A stretch of DNA of 64,000 nt from the human T2T-CHM13v2.0 reference genome, Homo sapiens: NCBI RefSeq assembly GCF_009914755.1, contig NC_060939.1, one strand, 5' to 3'. The notes beneath the pieces were generated by a model, which worked only from the letters and a program-made list of their open reading frames with translations, was not told the origin of the DNA and made no database searches. The position numbers and the translations under genes were made by a program. Shown here in pieces: positions 15,830-31,274 of this stretch (its first letter is position 1; every line of letters begins with the position of its first letter).

Positions 15830-16461
15830 TGTAAACCAAAAATAAAATTCTAAGGCCCTCCAACCATCTGAATGAACCCCTCTTCTCAGCCAACGGCATT
15901 CCAACGTTAACCTGAAAAAATGAGTTCAGGCCATGATGGGAGGGGACAGCCAGGCATGCCTCATTATACCCTCCTCCCTTTTGGAATTACTGAAAGAACA
16001 GTAATAGAACAGTGATAGTTCTTTAGGTCTGGTAAGAAACATTTACAACCTGTTCTCTCTGAAGCCTGCTACCTGGAAGCTTCATCAGCACGATGAAACC
16101 TTGGTGTCCACAACCTTTTGTCATGACCGAGACCCTCCTTTCTATTGATGATTCTTTTACCAATTGCCAGTCAGAAAACTTTTAAATCTACCTGTGACCT
16201 GGAAGCTCCCCTGCCTCCTCACCACCCACCCCTGCTTCAAGTTGTCCCACCTTTCTGGACCAAACCAATGTGTATCTTTCATGTATTGATTGATGTGTCT
16301 CATGTCTCCCTAAAATGTATAAAACCAAGTTGTACCCCCAACCCCCTTGGGCACTTGTCATCAGGACCTTCTGAGGCTGTGTCATAGGTGCATCTTTAAC
16401 CTTGGCAAAATAAACTTTCTAAATTGATTGAGACCTGTCTGAGACACTTTTTGGGTTCACA
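15830..16461 (+). mobile_element. Solo ERV1 LTR, MER4 group
   Basis: TG...CA ends (tgtaaaccaaaaataaaattctaagg...gggttcaca); gtataaaaccaag TATA region; caccttgggcac-like box; AATAAA 16409-16414. Confidence 0.85.
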
Positions 16462-17740
16462 CTACCACCTGATTGGTAAAACAGTTGGAGTGGATAGCAT
16501 GTGGATTCTGTGTTAGGCAGCTGTGAGTCTTAGTGACAACTCTACCATCAAAAACCAACCGGTGGCCAGGCAGGCTGTAATGTATAAAGTAGGGGCTTTT
16601 ATGCCTTTTAGTAATTCTTGCAGGATGCTTCTGAGTATTATATAAATTACGTCTGTAACATGTGACTGAGTACCAGGAATGTAGTACCTGTTCAGTAAAG
16701 GTTGGTGTTTAGTTTCCCTCACACCATGAGATATTTGCACTGAGGTCTGAACTTTGAAAACCAGGCATATGTAGTTGATGTTTTTGTATTCCAGATAGTG
16801 TCGCTTTTAATTGACACAGGTAGTGTTCATTAGGTCATGTTAATAAAAGAAATAGTTTTTTTCTAACCATGTATTAAGCTATCCAAAACCCCTGCTTGGC
16901 TGATGTTTATGCTGATTCAGAATGAATTCATGTCATAATTTAAAACTCGTGAACTGAAGTGTTTTTCATTGTACATTGGATTGAAGATCTCACTTAAAAC
17001 TGTGTGGTCTGTGTGAGGTTGTATTACTTTATTGGTTAGGAAACTATATTTCAGGACTTTGAAAAACATTAATTTCTTGTATATTGCAATTAATCTAATT
17101 AGACAAATATTTAAATATTTTTGGAAAACTAATGTTTTATTTCCTTCCCTTCTAATTATTGTCTTTACACATCACAGCAGTATAATCTACTGTAGTCTTT
17201 TATTCAGGGTAACTTATCTTTAAATAATTAAAAAATAAATTTAAAGAGCTTTTAGTTGGTCACCTAAACTATTTTATTGTTTTAAGTACCAATAAATGAA
17301 ACTTTATAATAGTCTTATTGCACAGTTATTAAATATAACATTTCATGATGCCTTTTAATATGTATAATGTTTGTTAATTGAACTTCATTTGGAAAGTGTT
17401 TGAAGATTGTAGTTTTAATTTCTGATGTGTGTGTTTTTCATAGTCCATCTTTTAGCAATTTATAAAGTGAACTATTTCTTTTGGAAGATGACTAAGACAT
17501 TGCTGAAACTATATTGGCCTAGGTCCATTTTTCAAAATCATGATTTGTAAATTTACTTTGAAATTTAACTTTAATTGTTAAAGCAAATCTAACAGTGATT
17601 GCAAGATATAGGAAAGTCATAGCTGCAAGGTCTATATTTTTGATTTAGTATACATTTAAAATATTGCTTCTCAAAGCATATTTTAGAGGGTATGTGTTAT
17701 ATTAATGGTGAAATAAATATATAGGGAGTTGGGCATATAA

Positions 17741-18079
<339 letters not shown>

Positions 18080-18107
18080 TTATTTCTTCTTTGTAGTAGA
18101 AAATATA

Positions 18108-18210
18108 CTGCAGGAGTCATTAAAGGTGATTTCATCTCTGCTTTGAACAGATCACTGCTCTGGTGGTATAAATGAGAGATTGTAGAGGAGAGAGGTTAAA
18201 GAAGGAGAGT
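18108..18210 (+). repeat. 103-bp direct copy of 15661-15763
   Basis: Ungapped, 12 mismatches (10 transitions). Confidence 0.93.
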
Positions 18211-18376
18211 CAGACTCATGACTTTATAGTAGAAAATAGACTCATGACTTCATAGTAGAATATAGACTCGTGACTTTGTGTCCATAAACCTGTTTAGTAA
18301 GCAGAGAAGGATGCATTATCCACTTTGGTTTTCGGCTGAATAGTGAATGGGCATTGTGTCTTCTGAGAGATACATA

Positions 18377-18988
18377 CAGCTAAGTCTCATTGTTCACGAT
18401 AGTTATGTTCTATCAAGTCAAAACAAACACTGAAATAGCAAACACTGGACCATTGCTTGTAGGGGAAATACAAAGTTAGCTTCCTTTCAGCCTCTGGCCA
18501 CAATATTTTTGCCACCCTATTAATAGATAATGGTATTGTGTATGTGTTTCTGTTTAAGGACATGTCATTTAACACGTATTGTTGACTCATTAACTCTGAA
18601 CTCATAGCCAACAGCATTATGACTTACGCCCGAATGAAGTTTATCTAAAACATGTGTCTTCTCTGTAAGACACATCACAGCCTTCTGTCCTTAGGAACAC
18701 CAGACAACACTACAGCTTTATGCTAGGGAACCATTTTAAACAGTGAAGTCACCAACCAAAAGCACAAAGAGATGAAAAACACAGCATTAAATAGACCACG
18801 GAAAGAAGAGTTACAGTTTGAGAGCTGAAACAAGAAGGCAGACATTGCCTTCTTCAGCCTCCTCTGGGAATATGCATGTAGAGAGATTCACATTTTTTTG
18901 CACGTGTCTGTGAATGACCACAAAAGTGCTGTGGGGTTATAAAGAAACTTTAGCGAGTATACCAGTTCACAAATGAGAATCATCTGTA
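18377..18988. mobile_element. MER82-like TcMar-Tigger DNA transposon
   Basis: tacagctaagtctcattgttcacgatagttatgttcta...gagaatcatctgta ends with TA target sites; ~610 bp. Confidence 0.75.
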
Positions 18989-19435
18989 GTCAGACTAGAG
19001 TAAATTTTTAAGGCTTTCAAATTGTCAGCTGAACAGCTAAACCCTTTCTTCCGAAGAGCTTAGTCTGGTAGATATGAGTAGATTCAAATTCTCCTCCTAC
19101 CTGGAAGGCCTAGTTTCTCTCTCTGGCACTCCTCTTACTTGGTGCTGACACTTGAAACCTCTTAGATGTCCCTCACTTCTTCTTGGTCACAGTCCCTACT
19201 TCCACTTGAACAAGTGAATCACCTTTGCCTCCTCCCTAGGACCCTGGTTAGCTTACACATTCTGTCATATGTCCTGAAATGGGAAGTGTCACAGTGTAGT
19301 GATGAAGAAAGTGGGCTCTGGTTTCAGATGGCCTAGGATTAAATCCTGCTCTATCACTTACTGTTTTTGTGCCCTTGGGCAGGCGGTCATTGTTTTCCCA
19401 TCTGTACAAGGGGTATAATAATATTGTCCACTTGA

Positions 19436-19740
<305 letters not shown>

Positions 19741-22169
19741 CTACTTGAAATGTCAGTCATTGATAAGATAATATGTATTTAAGGTATTTAATATAGGTTG
19801 GCACATAAGCCCTCAAGTGTAAACTATTAACTCACTCAGTTACTTATATGTAACTTGTTTTTAGCCATCTTAAGAATTTGATTATGCACACCAACAAAAA
19901 CAAAAGAAGGGGAGGAATTAGAGTAGAGGATACTCATGTATGAAAAGATCAAGCTGAGGTAATATTAGAACAAACTAGGAGGTTTGGAAGATATAAACTC
20001 TCAATTTGGTCCTGAGTTCTGACCAGTCCCAATAAGGAAAGCCTGATTCTCACTATCTTTTAAATAAAGGATTTTTTTTTTCAGAGAGCACACATCTATT
20101 TCTGGAACTGAATAATTATTTTTTCCTTGTTATAGGGCACTTTGATGTGCGTATGCCTGTTGTGCTGATTTGTGATATGTTTGTGTATACATGTGTGTCT
20201 CATTACACTCAGAATCTTGGAGATTTGGCTTCAGTTTACTTAACTTCCATATCCAGGCCTACCTATGAGGCAATAACTCTGCCAAGGACTCCTGCTTTTG
20301 ATGATGGGATTGCCAGGACACTTGACTCTACAAGAACTCTGCGTTTGCCCTTCCTCTGATTTTATCATGAGTCACTTATACTAACTCTAAGTGCAGAAAA
20401 AGGCAACAGGGGTTATATGAAAATGGTAATGGCAGACAGAGGCAGACGAAGGGACTGAGTTCAGTGTACTTTGTCCAAGGGGTCACGTGGACTTGGACAT
20501 TGTGGCTGGGACCTTAAAGCCAAGGTCTCCATGCTTTTGGTTCATGGCACTCTATTATTAAATATTTCAAAGTATATACTCCATGTGTATGCACTTACTT
20601 ACTTGTAGATTATATATACATAGTTCAGAGTTTATATAAGATATACACTACTGTTTGCATTGAGATATTAAATAGCTTATATAAGATGTACACCACTGTT
20701 TGCGTTGAGATATTAAAAGAAGGATGACTGTTCTAAAAGTAGATCATAGAGATATTGTGTAACTCAATAACTTTAATAAATATTATTCAGTTGTACATTT
20801 AAAATGGGTAAATTGTATATTATATAAATTATCTTAATGAAGCCTTTTTAAAAAGGAAGATAAAATGAAGGCAAAATAAACAGTATATAAACATTTGAAA
20901 ACTTAGAAAGTAGAAGGCTTTTGATCTCACCCAATTTATTAATAATTAAATCCTTATTTTTTAGCAGAAGCAATGTAATTAAACATGTCATCAACATTTT
21001 TAATCATTTCATTTCAGAAAGCTCACGCTGGGAGTGTAATTACCACAATTTCAGTATTTTCGTCTGTGTTTTGACTATTGTCTTCAGTCCATAGTTGCTT
21101 TGCAAGATTCTTTTTTAGTAAGACAAGATCACATCTTTAAATCTCTGTAGCTAGCTGTGCTGTACACATACACGTGCATGCGTGTGCGCGCACACACACA
21201 CACACACGTGCTCTACAGTCTCAATATGCACACATGGATGATCCTGAGAGTGTGTGGCCTGGGGTCTGTGTTGCTGCACTGTGATCATTACATTCTTGCA
21301 TCAGAGCAGCTCCAAATAGCTTGTGAGTCACTGATCTATGGATTATGTGAGGGGGCCACAGCCTCTTCCATTTCCTGGTGCTGCATTATTCATTAGCACT
21401 TTTACTATGTGAATTGCATGCAAATATTTTTTTGACTCGTTTGTATTTTTATTATTATAATTATTTGTCTGTCTCCTCCTCCAAGATATATGCTTCAGAA
21501 GGTCAGGAACTCAGTCTGTTTTGTTCACTGTTGCATTCTCAGCACTTTGACTAGCTCTTGGCACAAATTCTTGGCTCAATAAATATTGCCAAATAAGTAA
21601 ATCAATTTGTGTATTAAATTTTAGTAACAACACATTTTCCTTCATTTTAAAAATGAAAATAAATACACGCTGAAGTTCAGATATTTTCTCCCTGCCCACA
21701 CTGAGGTACCAACACTCAATTTTGGAGACCATTGCTGTAGTTGGGCGGTAGGTGAACAGCAGAGAAGGAAACGAAGGGTATCAGAGGCAAGGCAGAGAGC
21801 CCATAGAGAATGTGTTTCACTGAAAGGCCAGACTCACTTTTCTGGCTTTTGACATTTGGATCAGACCCACCTTACCCGTCTTGCCATATAAAAGGAAAGC
21901 AATGAAGAGTTGAGTCAGAAAATGAAGCAGATAAATGTAAAACTTGGTTCAGAACAATGTAAAACATTTTTGCAATTTTGTGCAACAGGGCTGCTGGTGA
22001 TGTTTGAGGGACTTGGAAGACATTTAAGAGTGGCACTGTGACCTGTGACCTGTGACTTGTTCACATTGACTGGGCTGGCGAAGACAGGAAGTATTCAAGG
22101 GAATTGCACCTATTCAGTTTGTTTTGAAGAACTGCTTTGTAATGTAACTGAAATCCAGTTGATTCAGTT

Positions 22170-22925
22170 TTTGTGTTTGCTTTTTGAATAATTTACATAC
22201 AGTAAAATCTATCCTTGTTAGGTAGATGGCTGTTGGAGTTTGAGAGATACGTGCAGTCTTGTCACCACTGCCGCAATCATAATGTAGGTGGTTTCTGTCA
22301 CCTCTTCAAAAGTTTCCCTGTCCCTGTTGCAGTCAATTCCTTCCCCTTAGCAAGCATTGGTCTTATTGCTATCCATATAGTTTTCCCTTTTCCAGAATGT
22401 CATTAAGAATGATATCATACAGTACGTTTGCTTTTTATGTACGAATTCTTTCACTTAGAGGAATTTATAAGCGTTACGCTATGTTGTTTTGTGTATTAGA
22501 AGTACATTTCTTTTTGTTGGTGAGTAGTATTCCATTATATGGACACATCATATTTAAAAAAAATCCATTCACGAGTTAATGGAAAGATGGATTTTTTAAA
22601 GTTTTTGACAACTTTGAATAGTTTCTTTAAATGTTCATGTGCAAGTCTTGGTGTGGAGATCTCTTTTAATTTCTCTTAAACTCCTGTGAGATTGCTGGAT
22701 CATATAAGAAACTGTCACATTTAATTAAACAAGAAATTTATACTTCAATTATATAAGAAACTTTCAAGCTGTTTTCCAAAGTGTCTGTGCCAGTTTACAT
22801 TCTTATAATCAATGTATGAGAATTCCACTTTCTCCTCATCTTCACCAGCACTTTGCATTGTCAGGATTTTTGGTTTGTTTGGTTTTGTTTGCCTGCTTGC
22901 TTACTTTTAGCCATTCTAGGAGGCA
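22170..22925 (-). mobile_element. L1MC/L1ME-type LINE 3' fragment
   Basis: tgagtagtattccatt, gagattgctggatcatat, gttttccaaagtg, gtatgagaattccac...ttttagccattcta. Confidence 0.75.
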
Positions 22926-22947
22926 GTTGGTTTAGTTTCAAATGTAA

Positions 22948-23291
<344 letters not shown>

Positions 23292-23299
23292 CAAATTCA

Positions 23300-23730
<431 letters not shown>

Positions 23731-25559
23731 TAACACCTCATTAAATACCGTCAGAACTTCTATTTCTGTATATTCATAGTATATGTTCCACACTGCCTTG
23801 CTATCCATGAATTCTTACCAGTAGATCATAAACTTCTTATGGACAGGTTTTGTGCCACTCTTATAAGAACTAGTAGATACTCAGGTAACATTTCTACATT
23901 GACTTTTTTTTTTTTTTTTTGAGGAGATAAGAGTAGAGTCAGCTCTGAGATGACTACTTTTTAAGTGATTCTTATTTTTAATCTTTTTGTATATTATTGG
24001 TAGTTTTTAGGACCTAAGGAAAGCATGTTTGCCGGATTTCCACTTCTGAATCAGGGATGGATTGATGGAATACTTTAATAACATTATTTTTAAACTATTA
24101 GCATAAGGGTTTTTTAATTGCTCCAACAATGTTAGTGTCTTCTTCACTTAGCATTATACTATTTTAATAATATTGTTTAAATGATTAGTATAAGGACTTT
24201 TTAAATTGCTCCAACAATGTTCATTTGTCTTTCACACTTAGCACTTCGTGATATTTATAAAGGGCCCATTGAAGTATCTCGTGTTGACACACTGAGGTTG
24301 GTTAGTTTGGGTTTCAAATTCTGTCAGTTTTCAAGCTCTGTTCAAGTTCACTTTTAAGCATGAATCATGAGTTACACAAATCATATAGATTTATTCTTAA
24401 AATGTTGATTATTTTAAGTCATCTTTTTCAGTAAGTGCCTTATAAAGATTTGGGCAGAGTTTCAAATTCTTCTAATATTCAGGCTTTAGGTGTAAGAATA
24501 ATTGATAGAATTTAGGGGTAAGAATAATTGATAGAATAATTGATGTTTTAGACAGATAATAGAGTAGATTTGTCTTTACAACTCCAGATATCTGGAATCA
24601 TATGTTTTCAATGATTGCCTTATGAAGATTATTGAAAACTGATATCTCAGTGTTAATTTTCAGTGTGTCTTGTATAAGCTCTCTCGTGGACAGAGCAGCT
24701 TTTATAAGGGTTAAATTTATCAGGCTCCCATATATGTGATTAGCCATTGCTGTAGACAGTTTTCTAGTATTTCATGTTAGGAAATACTCAACAAATACAT
24801 TTTAATATAACCAAGGTTCTGAAGAAGACCTTACCTCTGAATATTTTCCACAGAGCCTATTATATTCCCGAGTTCACAGAAAGTTGTTTTATTACTTCAA
24901 GGACTCTCTGGGCTCAACTCTGTAGCTAAAGAATGTTATGTTATTCTCTGGGCTTGGTAATTGTGTTCCAACTCTGATATTTAGCCGTGATACTGTTGTT
25001 TCAGAGTTTGAAGTAAGGGAAGATACCTCTAAAAAAAAGGTTCAACTCTAAAGCGTTTCACTTATCCATCTATATTGTAACATTTTTTTTCCAGTTGTCC
25101 CTTTTCTCCAAACAGAATAAAATAACAGAGGCAGGGCACAGTGGTGAGGGTATTCAGGCACCATGCTTGTGGTTCCAGCTAGTGGACGTTATGTTCCTGT
25201 TGGGGACTTTTGAAATGTATATGATGGTTTTTCTGGTCACACTGACAGGGACATTGCTGACACATAGGAGATGGGGACTATGATAGCTGCCATCTTACAG
25301 TGTACAGAACAGACCCATATGTCAAAGAATGTTTCCACCCCAAGTGCCAGAAGTACCCCCTGTTGAGCAACACTGAGATAGAGAGGCTTCAATTTCGGGC
25401 ACTGTGAGCTTGAACAGTTTGCATTTGCTTCATCTGTAAAGTTGGAGGTAAAATTACCTATTGTATAAGATCATTTTAAGGATTTCTGATGATGTATGTA
25501 AAGCAGTGAACACAGGACCAGATGCTTAGTAGGAACTAGTAGAGGAATTGTTTGACGCC

Positions 25560-26115
25560 ATTTTTAACCTTTAGTGGTTTCCCAGCCCACTCACAGTAAA
25601 AGCTGATGTCCACAGACTGGCCTACATGGACCTGTCCAATGCGATCTCCTGCTCCCCTTTGAGGTCATCTCCTGGTGGTCCCCCTCTCTGGCTCTCTTCC
25701 AACCACACTGGCCTCCTTGCTCTTTCTCCATCTCCCCAGGTGGGCTGCCTACCCCCTATCCCCCTCTCCTGGCCTTCTGCACTTGCTCTTTCTGCTATGT
25801 GAGAGGCTCTTTGGCTACATGTATCCCCCTGGTGTTCTCCCACACTTTCTTCCACATTCTGCTTACCTCATCTAAGGGGTGTTTTCCTGATGCATGATAG
25901 AAAAATAGATGCTTGGCTGTCCACAGCCACCCTTTGTTTCCACTCGGTTGTTTCTCTTCCCTTTACCATCACAGACAGACAGAAATTATTGTCTGTCTCT
26001 TCCAAGTAGTACATAACTTTCATGTAAGCAAGTACTCTGCCTTGTTCACTGATATATCCCTAGTGGCTGGAATATCCCATCGTTACTTAGGTGTCAATAT
26101 GTGTATCAGATGACT
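25560..26115 (+). mobile_element. L2 LINE 3' relic
   Basis: ccacactggcctccttgct, ggccttctgcacttgct, ttgttcactgatatatccctagtg; similar L2 relics at ~3000-3320, 8100-8800, 11940-12450, 27640-28200, 61140-61345 and 62240-62700. Confidence 0.7.
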
Positions 26116-28603
26116 GGATTAGTATTTTAAAACAGCAATGGCAAAGAAGTTGTAATTGACTGGTAACACTTGGTTGTATTACCAGTCAATCACAACAGTG
26201 TTACCAGTCAGTTACAACAGTACTTCATATGCTATTTGTGTGTATGTATGTGAGACGAGAGTGTGTGTGCATAAAAAAGTTATCCTTTCTACTAGTTACA
26301 TAGTTTTAAATCCAGATGATGGAATTAATAATTTACAGGAAACTCCCCATCTAAACAATTTTGATAAGCTTTGCAAGATATACCACACATTAGGTTGTCC
26401 AAAAATTGGATTTCTCTACTCACTGCTCTTCCAATTATATTATTCTCTCATCTCTTTTAATTGAAGGAAGCATGATACTTGTATTCTTACATGAGACTAC
26501 CTTAAGGGCATAATGATGTGATTATATTTGGGTATATGTTTTGAAATTGGTTGCAAATCTCTAGAGGTTATCAGTAAAACTACTTGTAGCATGTTAGAAT
26601 TAGTGAGTTTTCCTGTCTGCTTGGAGGAGGTGTAATTGCTCTTTGGATAGACAATAGGTGTTTGCTGTTTCTGTTAATATGGGTAGGAGCTGGGGACATG
26701 CTTTGAATGATTATGTTATGAAAGAAACTACTGGCTTGATGTTTTAGAAGCAAGAGAAAGATAAATGGTGTAATATACTTATTTGAAAGATAGGTATTTG
26801 AATTTAAATTTTCTTTCTTGCTCTTTGGTAGATGTGATGATTTCTTTAAAATATTTTGCTTTGTTTCTGAAAAATTTGTCTGGATTTTATGGCTTAAAAA
26901 TATGCACCATTTGTGAAACATATTCTTTTTCACACCAGAAATGGCTTTGGAACATATGCATAAAGTTTCTGTTGTTCTAAATTAGTGTTTCTTTTGGGCT
27001 AACCTTTCAATTACATTTACCATCCTAAAATAACTTCTTTACCTAAGTTGGACAAGATTTTGTACTGGAAATTAATACCTTTGCCTCCTACTATCCTTAT
27101 TCCGGTGATGTTCTAAAGATAGTTCAGGTGTTCTGTTTCTGCAGGTAATTATTAGACAAGGAAACCTTTAAATGTGGTGATAATGTTAGGCAGGACCTTT
27201 GAAGTTTAATGGTTGTGTTCTAATGTAGGAACTGTTTAAGAGATCCATCTGTGTGGTTTAATCTAGGGCCAATAAACTCAATTATGTGAAGAAGTGAATT
27301 GCCTTCTCTTATATTTGTATGTAATGGCTAAGACAATTTTTTTTATTGGATGGTGCTTAATTTCAAAACTTGGGTCTATACCTGGATGGCAGATAATAAC
27401 TATTCTTCTAAGGTGATCAAGGAAGTGTGTGTGGGTGTGCATGCATTGGGAGATGAGGGGTAGCAGTCCAATCAATGAGTAATTACTGATTGAACACTGT
27501 AGCCAGAGAAGCACGTGCGTTTAGCGTGAGTGTTGCGTCTGTCTACCTCTGTGATCCAGCCTCTTCTGCTCGACCTTCAGCCCAATTTTTTTTTTAGTTA
27601 TCTAATCTGTTACTTTCATTTCCTTCTTTCCCACTCTCTTCTGAACCTACTTTAGGCAGATTTTCTTCTCCATTCTCCCATCAAAACAATGCATATCAAG
27701 ATTGTCAGTAATCTTCATTTCACTAAATGGATACATTCAAGATTATTGTTACTGGATCTCCAAACAGCACTTGAGACTGTTGACCACTTCCTCTATAAAA
27801 CACCCTTCCTTTGGCTTTTCGGTTTTGGGTTCTATTTGTCATAAGATAACACCATATTTTTTTTTTCACCTCTCTGGCTATGTCTTTCTAGTTTTCTTTG
27901 CAAGTTTATGCTGCTCTAAGAAACCACTAAGTGTTGGAGTTCTTTAAGGCTAATCGTCATAGTATAAGGCTTTTATATTTTCTTGGCAATGTCATCCATT
28001 ACCATGCCTCCAATTGTCATCTGAATTGCCAATCTCTTCAACATCTTTCTCTAGATGTGCCCTCTCTCTTTGCTTCACAATCATGTGTCCAGCTGCCAAT
28101 GTGGCTTTTCCAGCTGGACTTGTGAAACACAACAAAGTCAAGACTGATCTCAGGCTATCCCTTGAAAACCTGTACTTCTCAGCGAATTACCCTAGAACTC
28201 TCTAGTAGGGCTGGACTCAATAGTGACATACCGTCTCTCATCCCCTTTAGTGAGTGCCGTTAATGCAGCAACATTGCTTTCTCAATACCTGTTGTCTTTA
28301 CTGATAGAACAAGAAGATGAACAAATCAAAAGCACATAGATCTAAACAACACAGCCAAACACCTTTCACTAAATGGCATATATAGAACCCAGCAACTGCA
28401 GAATTAACCATGTGCTGGGCCACAAAGGGAGCCTCTAATTTCAGAGGACTGAAAACATACTGATTTGCTTTCTGACTTAATCCTCAGCAATTAGGCTAGA
28501 AGTCAGTTACACAAACATAACTAGACAATCCCCATATAGAAATTAAGCACTATATTTCTAAAATCCAATATGTCATAGAATAAGATAGAAATCAGGAAAT
28601 ATA

Positions 28604-29318
28604 TAGGAGCCAGAGAGTCACCATGAAGTTCAATCGCTTGGTGACCTGGGACCACAGCAAAAACTGCAAACGTCACTTCAATGCCCCCTCGCAGGTATGC
28701 AGGAAGGTCATGTCGTCCCTGCTCTCCAAAGAGCTGAGCAGAAATACAATGTCTGCTCCATGCCCATCTGCAAGGACCACGAGGTCCAGGTGGTTTGAGG
28801 ACACTACAGAGGTTAACAAATTGGCAAGTAGTCAAGTTGTACAGAAAGAAAGTCAAGGTGTATCCATCATTTCCCAATGCATGCACACCCACACACACTT
28901 CCTTGTGTCCCTTATTCAGAAAGAAATATGTCCTCTACATTGAGCAGGTGCAGTGTGAGAGGGCCAACGGCACCACCATCCCTGTGGGCCTTCACTTGAG
29001 CAAGGTGGCTCTCACCAGGCCAAAACTGGACAAGGATCAGAAAAAATTCTTGAATGCAAAGCCAAGTCTTGACAAGTTGGAAAAGAGACAGGCAAATATA
29101 AGGAAGAACTTATTGAGAAAATGCAGGAATGAATATAACTTGTTGTGCAACCATGGTTTAACTGGAGATTTTTGGCCTAGCATGTGTTTCTTTGGAGCTT
29201 ATCAAAATGTCTCTGGAATATTTCATTTCCTATTTTGTTACCACTGGTTCAGTGAATCTACTTTTGGAATTTTGATTAATAATTTTATGAGTGAAAATGG
29301 GAAATGCTCTAAAAAAAA
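28604..29318 (+). pseudogene. Processed pseudogene of 60S ribosomal protein uL24, RPL26L1-type
   Basis: ATG 28623 gives [29 protein letters not shown]. Frameshifts follow; then [32 protein letters not shown]; C-terminus [12 protein letters not shown] (TGA 29130-29132; EELIEK is the RPL26L1 rather than RPL26 form, from memory). Intronless, 3'UTR, short poly(A) 29311-29319, 17-bp TSD agaaatcaggaaatata at 28587-28603 and 29319-29335. Confidence 0.9.
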
Positions 29319-30923
29319 AGAAATCAGGAAATATACTGAACTGAATGGTAATGAAAATGTGACATATTACAACTTGTGGAATGCAACTAATTCAGTGCTT
29401 AGAGGGAAATTTATAACATCAAATGCATAAACAAGCAAAAGGTATGGTCTGAAAATCAATATCTAATTTTCAATGTCAATAGTTTAGAAAAAGAATAGTA
29501 AATGAAACCCAAAGGGTATAGGTGTAGCAAAAAGGAAATAGTCAAAAACCAAAATTAATAAATAAAATCAACAGAGGAAAAATTAATTTTAGAAGGTATT
29601 AATAAACTTGCAGGATTGTTCAGAAAAAAAGCATATTACCAATATGAGCAATAAAAAGGGTTATTTTTAAACTAAACATGATATAGAAATGAAAAGCATA
29701 GGATATTATGAATAACTCTAGTCCAATAAGCTAAATACTTTAACATGGACAAACTCCCCCCTCCCCACAACAGCAAACATAACAAAACTGACAAAAGAGG
29801 AAGTAGAAATTATGAATGAATTGATGTCTATTAAATAATTTAAATTTATTATTAAAAATCTTCACATATATACACATGCATGCCAGAGAGCTTTACTGAT
29901 GCATCCTTTTAAAAAATGCCACCAATTTTACACAAACTTTCTAAGAAAATGGTAAAGGAAGTCATGCTTTCCAACTCTATGGTTTCTACCAAAACATCAC
30001 AGGAATAGAAAATTATGACTACACTCTTTCATGAACATAGGTGTAAAAATCCTAAGACACTTAGCAAGTAGAACTTAGTCTGATATATAAAAGTGTTATC
30101 CCAGTGGAATTTATTTCAGCAGTGAAAGGATGAGTAAATACTTGCAGATCAGTATAGTTTCTCACATTAACAGAAAAGGAGGAAATCATATGATCGCTTT
30201 GAAGGTTGCAGAAGAAGCAATTACAGTGAATGCTACTTACAATAGAAATTTTTATCAAACTAGAAATAGAAGAGAATTTTCTTAACTTGATGAGTATTTA
30301 TCTTAGAAAGTCTACAGAAAACATAATTAAATGATGAAATTTTTAAGATTCTTTTGAGAGTGTTTACAACTGAAGGGTGCCCCTTATCATTTCTATTAAA
30401 TAACAGAATAAACAAGTCATAAGGATTAGGAAAAAATATAAAACTAGTATTAGTCACAGGTGATCAGGTTGTACAGATACAAAATCTGAAAATAGTTACC
30501 AAAAATGTGTTAGAAGGAATAACAGAAATCATCAAGATCAGTATTTACAGGTAAATTTTACTTTTATATGCTAGTAATAAAGAAAAATTAAAAATGTCTA
30601 TACTGAAAATTTCAAAAGATAATTGAGATAAATTTTAAAGTGAATTAAAGATTCTGTTTTCCATATCTTTACATTTTCTCCACTGTCTGTTTTTTTCTAT
30701 TGCATCATCTATTTGTGCATCTGTAGACCACAAAATCAATTTCGTATTTATTGCAACTCACTGATAATCTTGATTATATCTTGCCTGTTCTGGACCCTTT
30801 ACATTTCAGAAACATGGAACCTTTGTTAAATCTTAAATCAACTTAAATCAATTTAACCTTTCTTAAATCAACTTGTAAGAAAGATAAGAGCAGGTGATAA
30901 TAAAATAGAAAAAACATAGATGA

Positions 30924-31274
<351 letters not shown>

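Noticed and set aside
18212-18277. Short direct repeats superficially like a CRISPR array
   Set aside because: Contiguous tandem units with no unique spacers, eukaryotic context, no cas genes
28795-29430. 211-aa ORF with ribosomal-protein and L1 similarity
   Set aside because: Non-ATG start; chance read-through of a frameshifted pseudogene, its insert, 3'UTR and host L1
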